A stretch of 63,009 nt of DNA, the filler included, from Nemertoderma westbladi (lineage: Eukaryota > Animalia > Xenacoelomorpha), in NCBI GenBank assembly GCA_032718475.1. It is 4 parts of 4 records of this genome, joined end to end, with 100 filler letters (N's around TTAATTAATTAA, not from the genome) between each part and the next. Parts side by side here need not be neighbours in the genome. Positions count along the whole stretch, not along the records: positions 21,782 to 43,484 come from JAUCBJ010001938.1; 3 more parts are not named here. The stretch is one strand, 5' to 3'. The notes beneath the pieces are model-generated. The model had not been told where the DNA came from and ran no database searches. It was given only the letters and a program-made list of their open reading frames with translations. Shown here piece by piece: positions 26,333 through 39,400 of this stretch. A program made the position numbers and the translations under genes. The number at the start of each line of letters is the position of its first letter. Position 1 is the first letter of the stretch.

Positions 26333-27494
26333 TAATATTGTCAGAGGTTGTTTGTTTATCTACTTTATATGATTATATCATTGGCTATTAAATAATAATT
26401 TGCCATTCTTAATGCTCTACTTTTTCACTACACACACACACATCGCAGATAGGGGGGGGGGGGGGGGGGGGGGATTATTGTTATAACGTGCCACTGTAAC
26501 CTGCCCCCCGTCCCATATTCCACTTCGCCCCTCTCTTGGAACTGTTTCATTGTCCAGATATCGATTCATAGATGTTTGTTTGTTATCTACCACGTTTGTA
26601 GTGTGATTGCGGTCACTGTATACAGTGTAACTACGGTAGGTACTGAATGAAACTTCATTCAAATATCTTAGTTTTTCATCTACAGCTTCACATACCTCCA
26701 AATATTCAACCTCTTCGAAATCAACCACAATATTAAGTAATTAACATTGTTCAATCAAATATATCAAAGAATATCAAAGCAACAAGCAACTCGTAAATTT
26801 GTAGTACCGTAATAAGTAAATAATTAACGGTGGTACAGTATTTCCCTAATGATATACACGTTCATCGGTCATGTCCACGTCCACGTCCATCGGTCATGTC
26901 CTTATAGTCCAGGAGACGCCCTTTGTCACCCAATACAACAAACTTAAAGTAGCGTACGGACGCAATTTTTTTTCTTTGAATGATAGTTTGTATTGTCCTA
27001 ATACGAAATCGAGCGATTTCCGGAACAATTAGTTTGAGCAATTTTTGTTATTCGAATTTTAAGTGTGCACTTTCGCTCAAAGCTACAAGAAGTTTGTTAA
27101 TGCCGTTTTGAGAGCAATTGTGATAGAAACTGATGTTCCAGAATAGTTTTATAGTGTAAGTTTAATAGTAAGCAGTAATTGTCACTGAAAATTAATACTT
27201 AAAATACACTACTGGTACTACCGGGAATGGTGTGTAATTTTTTGTTTTAACCATTATCATTGTCATTAGGAGGAAGTACATTGTCTGTATAGATCGCCCT
27301 TCCTCCAGTAGTGCCTCTAACTAACGGCATTATAGTATAGTATATATGCTCACTTTTCAGGATTTATAGTAACTTTTTTTTAATGTTCCACTACTTTTTT
27401 TTTAATGTTCTAGAATATATTACTAAAACTAGTAATATATTCTAGATCTATTCTATATTCTAATATAAGCTAAGCTATTTAACTAAATAAAACC

Positions 27495-30400
27495 TAAAAG
27501 GTTATAACTTTCAAGGAGACAGTGCCAGTGACTTGAGAAAGTGTGAGACAATTCGGGTTACTATTCCCAATTTGTACACAGTGTTACAACTCAGAAAACA
27601 CAGGGCTTCCAGAGTTATTTAACTATATTCGAATATAATACGTCGTAGTGTGTTTTTAGGCTATAAGCGGCGTTTTATCATGTTACTTCCTACAGAACCA
27701 GTTAAAAGGTTATAACTTTCGAGGAGACAGTGCCAGTGACTTGAGAAAGTGTGAGACAATTGGGGTTACTATTCCCAATTTGTACACAGTGTTACAACTC
27801 AGAAAACACAGGGCTTCCAGAGTTATTTAACTATATTCGAATATAATACGTCGTAGTGTGTTTTTAGGCTATAAGCGGCGTTTTTTCATGTTACTTCCTA
27901 CAGAACCAGTTAAAAGGTTATAACTTTCGAGGAGACAGTGCCAGTGACTTGAGAAAGTGTGAGACAATTGGGGTTACTATTCCCAACTTGTACACAGTGT
28001 TACAACTCAGAAAACACAGGGCTTCCAGAGTTATTTAACTATATTCGAATATTATAGGTGGGAGTGTGTTTTTAGGATATAAGCGGCGTTTTTTCATGTT
28101 ACTACCTACAGAACCAGTTAAAAGGTTATAACTTTCGAGGAAACAGTGCCAGTGACTTGAGAAAGTGTGAGACAATTGGGGTTACTATTCCCAACTTGTA
28201 CACAGTGTTACAACTCAGAAAACACAGGACTTCCAGAGTTATTTAACTACATACGATTATAATACGTCGGAGTGTGTTTTTAGGCTATAAGCGGCGTTTT
28301 TTCATGTTACTTCCTACAGAACCAGTTAAAAGGTTATAACTTTCGAGGAGACAGTGCCAGTGACTTGAGAAAGTGTGAGACAATTGGGGTTACTATTCCC
28401 AATTTGTACACAGTGTTACAACTCAGAAAACACAGGGCTTCCAGAGTTATTTAACTATATTCGAATATATAGGTGGGAGTGTGTTTTTAGGATATAAGCG
28501 GCGTTTTTTCATGTTACTACCTACAGAACCAGTTAAAAGGTTATAACTTTCGAGGAGACAGTGCCAGTGACTTGAGAAAGTGTGAGACAATTGGGGTTAC
28601 TATTCCCAACTTGTACACAGTGTTACAACTCAGAAAACACAGGGCTTCCAGAGTTATTTAACTATATTCGAATATAATACGTCGGAGTGTGTTTTTAGGC
28701 TATAAGCGGCGTTTTTTCATGTTACTACCTACAGAACCAGTTAAAAGGTTATAACTTTCGAGGAGACAGTGCCAGTGACTTGAGAAAGTGTGAGACAATT
28801 GGGGTTACTATTCCCAATATGTACACAGTGTTACAACTCAGAAAACACAGGGCTTCCAGAGTTATTTAACTATATTCGAATATAATACGTCGTAGTGTGT
28901 TTTTAGGCTATAAGCGGCGTTTTTTCATGTTACTTCCTACAGAACCAGTTAAAAGGTTATAACTTTCGAGGAGACAGTGCCAGTGACTTGAGAAAGTGTG
29001 AGACAATTGGGGTTACTATTCCCAATTTGTACACAGTGTTACAACTCAGAAAACACAGGGCTTCCAGAGTTATTTAACTATATTCGAATATAATACGTCG
29101 TAGTGTGTTTTTAGGCTATAAGCGGCGTTTTTTCATGTTACTTCCTACAGAACCAGTTAAAAGGTTATAACTTTCGAGGAGACAGTGCCAGTGACTTGAG
29201 AAAGTGTGAGACAATTGGGGTTACTATTCCCAATTTGTACACAGTGTTACAACTCAGAAAACACAGGGCTTCCAGAGTTATTTAACTATATTCGAATATA
29301 ATACGTCGTAGTGTGTTTTTAGGCTATAAGCGGCGTTTTTTCATGTTACTTCCTACAGAACCAGTTAAAAGGTTATAACTTTCGAGGAGACAGTGCCAGT
29401 GACTTGAGAAAGTGTGAGACAATTGGGGTTACTATTCCCAATTTGTACACAGTGTTACAACTCAGAAAACACAGGGCTTCCAGAGTTATTTAACTATATT
29501 CGAATATAATACGTCGTAGTGTGTTTTTAGGCTATAAGCGGCGTTTTTTCATGTTACTTCCTACAGAACCAGTTAAAAGGTTATAACTTTCGAGGAGACA
29601 GTGCCAGTGACTTGAGAAAGTGTGAGACAATTGGGGTTACTATTCCCAATTTGTACACAGTGTTACAACTCAGAAAACACAGGGCTTCCAGAGTTATTTA
29701 ACTATATTCGAATATAATACGTCGTAGTGTGTGTTAAACAACCGCGACACCTATACTAACAGCAGAACTGTTGAACAGACAAATACCCATATACCTCTCT
29801 GCCAACCTAATGAGCTCTCGCCTAACCAATAAGACACAAAGACTGCTCTACTGTTAAGTAAAGGGGATCAGGAGTGTGCTATTACTAAATTGTAAGGGTT
29901 GCTAAATACAAAACCGCTACTTACCGTTGGATGGCGCTAATCTGCCGTCCGCTAATATATTTTACTAAATTTACACAACTCCTGCAAAATCGCTTGTTCC
30001 TTTCTCTACTGATCGCTCGATAGAGAGCTAACTGTTCGAATCTATGAGCCACGTGGGAATAACCAAAACAATAAACCCGAGTCGGCTCCCTAAGCTTACT
30101 TAAGACGAGTGCGAGGGGCTTTGCACTCAGAGTATATTCTTACGCCTAATTTTATCACTATTAAAGCACGCTATTGCCTACGCCTTTTCTAATCGCGAAT
30201 ACTGGGGGTTCCCTAACGTAATATGTGAATGCGAGAATATTTAAATTATCAAATAATGGTACAGTACAATGTCTTTCGTGGGTGATACCGCTCTGGGTCT
30301 AAACTTGCCTGCAGCTGGCTTTAGGCCAGCAACTTACTAGTGTCTTGCGTACTGACTACTGCGATCTAGCTTATTGCCCGCTAATGCAAATAACCGCTCA

Positions 30401-33400
30401 GCGTGAATAGTTTACGGTACTCTAAATTATTACCTTAGCTACTCTCCGCTATGCTGCGTACTAATTCTTAATTTTACTAATCAATTACAGTCACAAATAT
30501 GTAACAGCGTACTAATTACTAAGAGTTCCAGAATGCGTAATTCTAATTTATTACACAACAGGTTTCGCTAGTAATAGCCTAAAATGCCGTATTACTTTGA
30601 CCTAATCAGTAATTATTTGTTGTAACTAAGAAATAGAAATCAATCAAAGAGAAAAGGGGCGCCTACCTAAGTATTCGTAATCATAGGCACACTTCAGTAA
30701 CACACCAATCAGCGTCAGCAATCACAGATCACAATAGCACGATTTGCAATTATACAATCTGCAATTATATAATTCGCAACTTACTTACGTACTTACCCAT
30801 TTACTTACCTACTGTAAGGTATGCAGGCCCCTCCCGGGTACATCTAGGCTTCCTAACTAACCCAATTCCTGCCCCCCTAATACTAAATAGAGACAAAACC
30901 TTGGATCATCAGCCCCCTAATTACTGTACCAGCGAGCGGTCTCCAACCTACAGTCCAAATCGCCCGACCGCAACGTTGACCCCCGCCAGCGTTGCCCGCC
31001 TTTGAATCCTCCGCTCTCCCTTCGTCGCTAACCCCCCGATGTGCCCACCGCCTACTGGCACCTTAGCCCTCCATTATGCTAATAGCTACCGTGGTGGCGC
31101 ATGCAAATCACAAAGTCTGACAGTCTCAGAAATCCCTTAGGATTATTGCGTAGAAAGGAATCACATAGAACCATTAACAAAAGATAGAAATCATAGTTCC
31201 GGTTGTAATTAGCAGTAATCGATAGGATTAATTGAGAAACACAATCAAGAATAATCGCACTAGCAAATCATCTTAAGAAATTAATCAAAATTTAGCAAAT
31301 TGCAGAAATACGCAAAATTATACTTCTAACTGTACACCCTATCAAAGCTGAGGTTAAGGTTGTAAGGAGTGCATACAGCTCTACCGGCAAACCGCCAATT
31401 TATAGGTGATCCGAGTGGGGTGATGCAATAGGGTGACTCAATCGCTCTCCTATTGGCTCTCCAGTCCGCGCTAGCATTAGACCAACCTGGAAGCAGTTAG
31501 TCCAATAAGGAGGCCGGATTGTAGCCCTATTGCTGCCCAAACCTCAAATTATTACCATATATGGTAATGGATCATGTCCCTGGCTGCTGAATGGCCAGGA
31601 CAGCGTCCCTATATACTAGCCCTATCAAAGCTAATAACAGCAAGCACAAAATCCAGGGTCCGACTAAACTTGCTACCCTGGAACTAACTACCTATATCCT
31701 AATACAAAATTACGTAGGTAGGGCTACATACTATACAAAATGGATGGATTCAAAATATATGGCCGTTTCGATTTCCCTATCTAAATATCACTGCGCTATT
31801 ATGCCTTATCTAAAATATTATGCTGCACAACGGACTAATATTGCATACAGTATAACGGACTAATATATTATACTGCATAATGACTAATAATGTGGATACA
31901 GCGCCATATACCGTAACAGTGTGTTTTTAGGCTTTAAGCGGCGTTTTTTCATGTTACTTCCTACAGAACCAGTTAAAAGGTTATAACTTTCGAGGAGACA
32001 GTGCCAGTGACTTGAGAAAGTGTGAGACAATTGGGGTTACTATTCCCAATTTGTACACAGTGTTACAACTCAGAAAACACAGGGCTTCCAGAGTTATTCA
32101 ACTATATTCGAATAATATAGGTGGGAGTGTGTTTTTAGGCTATAAGCGGCGTTTTTTCATGTTACTTCCTACAGAACCAGTTAAAAGGTTATAACTTTCG
32201 AGGAGACAGTGCCAGTGACTTGAGAAAGTGTGAGACAATTGGGGTTACTATTCCCAATTTGTACACAGTGTTACAACTCAGAAAAGGTTATAACTTTCGA
32301 GGAGACAGCGCCAGTGACTTGAGAAAGTGTGAGACAATTGGGGTTACTATTCCCAACTTGTACACAGTGTTACAACTCAGAAAACACAGGACTTCCAGAG
32401 TTATTTAACTACATACGATTATAATACGTCGGAGTGTGTTTTTAGGCTATAAGCGGCGTTTTTTCATGTTACTACCTACAGAACCAGTTAAAAGGTTATA
32501 ACTTTCGAGGAGACAGTGCCAGTGACTTGAGAAAGTGTGAGATAATTGGGGTTACTATTCCCAACTTGTACACAGTGTTACAACTCAGAAAACACAGGGC
32601 TTCCAGAGTTATTTAACTATATTCGAATAATATAGGTGGGAGTGTGTTTTTAGGATATAAGCGGCGTTTTTTCATGTTACTACCTACAGAACCAGTTAAA
32701 AGGTTATAACTTTCGAGGAGACAGTGCCAGTGACTTGAGAAAGTGTGAGACAATTGGGGTTACTATTCCCAACTTGTACACAGTGTTACAACTCAGAAAA
32801 CACAGGGCTTCCAGAGTTATTTAACTATATTCGAATATAATACGTCGTAGTGTGTTTTTAGGCTATAAGCGGCGTTTTTTCATGTCACTTCCTACAGAAC
32901 CAGTTAAAAGGTTATAACTTTCGAGGAGACAGTGCCAGTGACTTGAGAAAGTGTGAGACAATTGGGGTTACTATTCCCAATTTGTACACAGTGTTACAAC
33001 TCAGAAAACACAGGGCTTCCAGAGTTATTTAACTATATTCGAATATAATACGTCGTAGTGTGTTTTTAGGCTATAAGCGGCGTTTTTTCATGTTACTTCC
33101 TACAGAACCAGTTAAAAGGTTATAACTTTCGAGGAGACAGTGCCAGTGACTTGAGAAAGTGTGAGACAATTGGGGTTACTATTCCCAACTTGTACACAGT
33201 GTTACAACTCAGAAAACACAAGGCTTCCAGAGTTATTTAACTATATTCGAATAATATAGGTGGGAGTGTGTTTTTAGGCTATAAGCGGCGTTTTTTCATG
33301 TTACTACCTACAGAACCAGTTAAAAGGTTATAACTTTCGAGGAGACAATGCCAGTGACTTGAGAAAGTGTAAGACAATTCGGGTTACTATTCCCAATTTG

Positions 33401-36400
33401 TACACAGTGTTACAACTCAGAAAACACAGGGCTTCCAGAGTTATTTAACTATATTCGAATATAATACGTCGTAGTGTGTTTTTAGGCTATAAGCGGCGTT
33501 TTTTCATGTTACTTCCTACAGAACCAGTTAAAAGGTTATAACTTTCGAGGAGACAGTGCCAGTGACTTGAGAAAGTGTGAGACAATTGGGGTTACTATTC
33601 CCAATTTGTACACAGTGTTACAACTCAGAAAACACAAGTCTTCCAGAGTTATTTAACTATATTCGAATATTATAGGGGGAGTGTGTTTTTAGGCTATAAG
33701 CGGCGTTTTTTCATGTTACTACCTACAGAACCAGTTAAAAGGTTATAACTTTCGAGGAGACAGTGCCAGTGACTTGAGAAAGTGTAAGACAATTCGGGTT
33801 ACTATTCCCAATTTGTACACAGTGTTACAACTCAGAAAACACAGGGCTTCCAGAGTTATTTAACTATATTCGAATATAATACGTCGTAGTGTGTTTTTAG
33901 GCTATAAGCGGCGTTTTTTCATGTCACTTCCTACAGAACCAGTTAAAAGGTTATAACTTTCGAGGAGACAGCGCCAGTGACTTGAGAAAGTGTGAGACAA
34001 TTGGGGTTACTATTCCCAACTTGTACACAGTGTTACAACTCAGAAAACACAGGACTTCCAGAGTTATTTAACTACATACGATTATAATACGTCGGAGTGT
34101 GTTTTTAGGCTATAAGCGGCGTTTTTTCATGTTACTACCTAGAGAACCAGTTAAAAGGTTATAACTTTCGAGGAGACAGTGCCAGTGACTTGAGAAAGTG
34201 TGAGACAATTGGGGTTACTATTCCCAACTTGTACACAGTGTTACAACTCAGAAAACACAGGACTTCCAGAGTTATTTAACTACATACGAGTATAATACGT
34301 CGGAGTGTGTTTTTAGGTTTTAAGGCGGCGTTTTTTCATGTTACTACCTACAGAACCAGTTAAGAGGTTATAACTTTCGAGGAGACAGTGCCAGTGACTT
34401 GAGAAAGTGTGAAACAATTGGGGTTACTATTCCCAATATGTACACAGTGTTACAACTCAGAAAACACAGGGCTTTCAGAGTTATTTAACTATATTCGAAT
34501 ATAATACGTCGTAGTGTGTTTTTAGGCTATAAGCGGCGTTTTTTCATGTTACTTCCTACAGAACCAGTTAAAAGGTTATAACTTTCGAGGAGACAGTGTC
34601 AGTGACTTGAGAAAGTGTGAGACAATTGGGGTTACTATTCCCAATTTGTACACAGTGTTACAACTCAGAAAACACAGGGCTTCCAGAGTTATTTAACTAT
34701 ATTCGAATATAATACGTCGTAGTGTGTTTTTAGGCTATAAGCGGCGTTTTTCATGTCACTTCCTACAGAACCAGTTAAAAGGTTATAACTTTCGAGGAGA
34801 CAGTGCCAGTGACTTGAGAAAGTGTGAGACAATTGGGGTTACTATTCCCAATTTGTACACAGTGTTACAACTCAGAAAACACAGGGCTTCCAGAGTTATT
34901 CAACTATATTCGAATATTATAGGGGGAGTGTGTTTTTAGGCTATAAGCGGCGTTTTTTCATGTTACTACCTACAGAACCAGTTAAAAGGTTATAACTTTC
35001 GAGGAGACAGTGCCAGTGACTTGAGAAAGTGTAAGACAATTCGGGTTACTATTCCCAATTTGTACACAGTGTTACAACTCAGAAAACACAGGGCTTCCAG
35101 AGTTATTTAACTATATTCGAATATAATACGTCGTAGTGTGTTTTTAGGCTATAAGCGGCGTTTTTTCATGTCACTTCCTACAGAACCAGTTAAAAGGTTA
35201 TAACTTTCGAGGAGACAGTGCCAGTGACTTGAGAAAGTGTGAGACAATTGGGGTTACTATTCCCAATTTGTACACAGTGTTACAACTCAGAAAACACAGG
35301 GCTTCCAGAGTTATCTAACTATATTCGAATATTATAGGGGGGGGGGTGTGTTTTTAGGCTATAAGCGGCGTTTTTTCATGTTACTACCTACAGAACCAGT
35401 TAAAAGGTTATAACTTTCGAGGAGACAATGCCAGTGACTTGAGAAAGTGTAAGACAATTCGGGTTACTATTCCCAATTTGTACACAGTGTTACAACTCAG
35501 AAAACACAGGGCTTCCAGAGTTATTTAACTATATTCGAATATAATACGTCGTAGTGTGTTTTTAGGCTATAAGCGGCGTTTTTTCATGTTACTTCCTACA
35601 GAACCAGTTAAAAGGTTATAACTTTCGAGGAGACAGTGCCAGTGACTTGAGAAAGTGTGAGACAATTGGGGTTACTATTCCCAACTTGTACACAGTGTTA
35701 CAACTCAGAAAACACAAGGCTTCCAGAGTTATTTAACTATATTCGAATAATATAGGTGGGAGTGTGTTTTTAGGCTATAAGCGGCGTTTTTTCATGTTAC
35801 TACCTACAGAACCAGTTAAAAGGTTATAACTTTCGAGGAGACAGTGCCAGTGACTTGAGAAAGTGTGAGACAATTGGGGTTACTATTCCCAATTTGTACA
35901 CAGTGTTACAACTCAGAAAACACAGGGCTTCCAGAGTTATTTAACTATATTCGAATATAATACGTCGTAGTGTGTTTTTAGGCTATAAGCGGCGTTTTTC
36001 ATGTTACTTCCTACAGAACCAGTTAAAAGGTTATAACTTTTGAGGAGACAGTGCCAGTGACTTGAGAAAGTGTGAGACAATTGGGGTTACTATTCCCAAT
36101 TTGTACACAGTGTTACAACTCAGAAAACACAGGGCTTCCAGAGTTATTTAACTATATTCGAATATAATACGTCGTAGTGTGTTTTTAGGCTATAAGCGGC
36201 GTTTTTCATGTTACTTCCTACAGAACCAGTTAAAAGGTTATAACTTTCGAGGAGACAGTGCCAGTGACTTGAGAAAGTGTGAGACAATTGGGGTTACTAT
36301 TCCCAACTTGTACACAGTGTTACAACTCAGAAAACACAGGGCTTCCAGAGTTATTTAACTATATTCGAATATTATAGGGGGAGTGTGTTTTTAGGCTATA

Positions 36401-39400
36401 AGCGGCGTTTTTTCATGTTACTACCTACAGAACCAGTTAAAAGGTTATAACTTTCGAGGAGACAGTGCCAGTGACTTGAGAAAGTGTGAGACAATTGGGG
36501 TTACTATTCCCAACTTGTACACAGTGTTACAACTCAGAAAACACAGGGCTTCCAGAGTTATTTAACTATATTCGAATATTATAGGGGGAGTGTGTTTTTA
36601 GGCTATAAGCGGCGTTTTTTCATGTTACTACCTACAGAACCAGTTAAAAGGTTATAACTTTCGAGGAGACAGTGCCAGTGACTTGAGAAAGTGTGAGACA
36701 ATTGGGGTTACTATTCCCAACTTGTACACAGTGTTACAACTCAGAAAACACAGGGCTTCCAGAGTTATTTAACTATATTCGAATATTATAGGGGGAGTGT
36801 GTTTTTAGGCTATAAGCGGCGTTTTTTCATGTTACTTCCTACAGAACCAGTTAAAAGGTTATAACTTTCGAGGAGACAGCGCCAGTGACTTGAGAAAGTG
36901 TGAGACAATTGGGGTTACTATTCCCAACTTGTACACAGTGTTACAACTCAGAAAACACAGGGCTTCCAGAGTTATTTAACTACATACGATTATAATACGT
37001 CGGAGTGTGTTTTTAGGCTATAATCGGCGTTTTTTCATGTTACTACCTACAGAACCAGATAAAAGGTTATAACTTTCGAGGAGACAGTGCCAGTGACTTG
37101 AGAAAGTGTGAGACAATTCGGGTTACTATTCCCAATTTGTACACAGTGTTACAACTCAGAAAACACAGGGCTTCCAGAGTTATTTAACTATATTCGAACA
37201 TAATACGTCGTAGTGTGTTTTTAGGCTATAAGCGGCGTTTTTTCATGTTACTTCCTACAGAACCAGTTAAAAGGTTATAACTTTCGAGGAGACAGTGCCA
37301 GTGACTTGAGAAAGTGTGAGACAATTGGGGTTACTATTCCCAATTTGTACACAGTGTTACAACTCAGAAAACACAGGGCTTCCAGAGTTATTTAACTATA
37401 TTCGAATATAATACGTCGTAGTGTGTTTTTAGGCTATAAGCGGCGTTTTTTCATGTTACCTCCTACAGAACCAGTTAAAAGGTTATAACTTTCGAGGAGA
37501 CAGTGCCAGTGACTTGAGAAAGTGTGAGACAATTGGGGTTACTATTCCCAACTTGTACACAGTGTTACAACTCAGAAAACACAGGGCTTCCAGAGTTATT
37601 TAACTATATTCGAATATAATACGTCGTAGTGTGTTTTTAGGCTATAAGCGGCGTTTTTTCATGTTACTTCCTACAGAACCAGTTAAAAGGTTATAACTTT
37701 CGAGGAGACAGTGCCAGTGACTTGAGAAAGTGTGAGACAATTGGGGTTACTATTCCCAACTTGTACACAGTGTTACAACTCAGAAAACACAAGGCTTCCA
37801 GAGTTATTTAACTATATTCGAATAATATAGGTGGGAGTGTGTTTTTAGGCTATAAGCGGCGTTTTTTCATGTTACTACCTACAGAACCAGTTAAAAGGTT
37901 ATAACTTTCGAGGAGACAGTGCCAGTGACTTGAGAAAGTGTGAGACAATTGGGGTTACTATTCCCAATTTGTACACAGTGTTACAACTCAGAAAACACAG
38001 GGCTTCCAGAGTTATTTAACTATATTCGAATATAATACGTCGTAGTGTGTTTTTAGGCTATAAGCGGCGTTTTTCATGTTACTTCCTACAGAACCAGTTA
38101 AAAGGTTATAACTTTTGAGGAGACAGTGCCAGTGACTTGAGAAAGTGTGAGACAATTGGGGTTACTATTCCCAATTTGTACACAGTGTTACAACTCAGAA
38201 AACACAGGGCTTCCAGAGTTATTTAACTATATTCGAATATAATACGTCGTAGTGTGTTTTTAGGCTATAAGCGGCGTTTTTCATGTTACTTCCTACAGAA
38301 CCAGTTAAAAGGTTATAACTTTCGAGGAGACAGTGCCAGTGACTTGAGAAAGTGTGAGACAATTGGGGTTACTATTCCCAACTTGTACACAGTGTTACAA
38401 CTCAGAAAACACAGGGCTTCCAGAGTTATTTAACTATATTCGAATATTATAGGGGGAGTGTGTTTTTAGGCTATAAGCGGCGTTTTTTCATGTTACTACC
38501 TACAGAACCAGTTAAAAGGTTATAACTTTCGAGGAGACAGTGCCAGTGACTTGAGAAAGTGTGAGACAATTGGGGTTACTATTCCCAACTTGTACACAGT
38601 GTTACAACTCAGAAAACACAGGGCTTCCAGAGTTATTTAACTATATTCGAATATTATAGGGGGAGTGTGTTTTTAGGCTATAAGCGGCGTTTTTTCATGT
38701 TACTACCTACAGAACCAGTTAAAAGGTTATAACTTTCGAGGAGACAGTGCCAGTGACTTGAGAAAGTGTGAGACAATTGGGGTTACTATTCCCAACTTGT
38801 ACACAGTGTTACAACTCAGAAAACACAGGGCTTCCAGAGTTATTTAACTATATTCGAATATTATAGGGGGAGTGTGTTTTTAGGCTATAAGCGGCGTTTT
38901 TTCATGTTACTTCCTACAGAACCAGTTAAAAGGTTATAACTTTCGAGGAGACAGCGCCAGTGACTTGAGAAAGTGTGAGACAATTGGGGTTACTATTCCC
39001 AACTTGTACACAGTGTTACAACTCAGAAAACACAGGGCTTCCAGAGTTATTTAACTACATACGATTATAATACGTCGGAGTGTGTTTTTAGGCTATAATC
39101 GGCGTTTTTTCATGTTACTACCTACAGAACCAGATAAAAGGTTATAACTTTCGAGGAGACAGTGCCAGTGACTTGAGAAAGTGTGAGACAATTCGGGTTA
39201 CTATTCCCAATTTGTACACAGTGTTACAACTCAGAAAACACAGGGCTTCCAGAGTTATTTAACTATATTCGAACATAATACGTCGTAGTGTGTTTTTAGG
39301 CTATAAGCGGCGTTTTTTCATGTTACTTCCTACAGAACCAGTTAAAAGGTTATAACTTTCGAGGAGACAGTGCCAGTGACTTGAGAAAGTGTGAGACAAT

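Noticed and set aside
26417-26728. ORF with a poly-proline tract (also 43782-44165)
   Set aside because: The prolines come from G/C homopolymer runs; non-ATG starts and no family motif.
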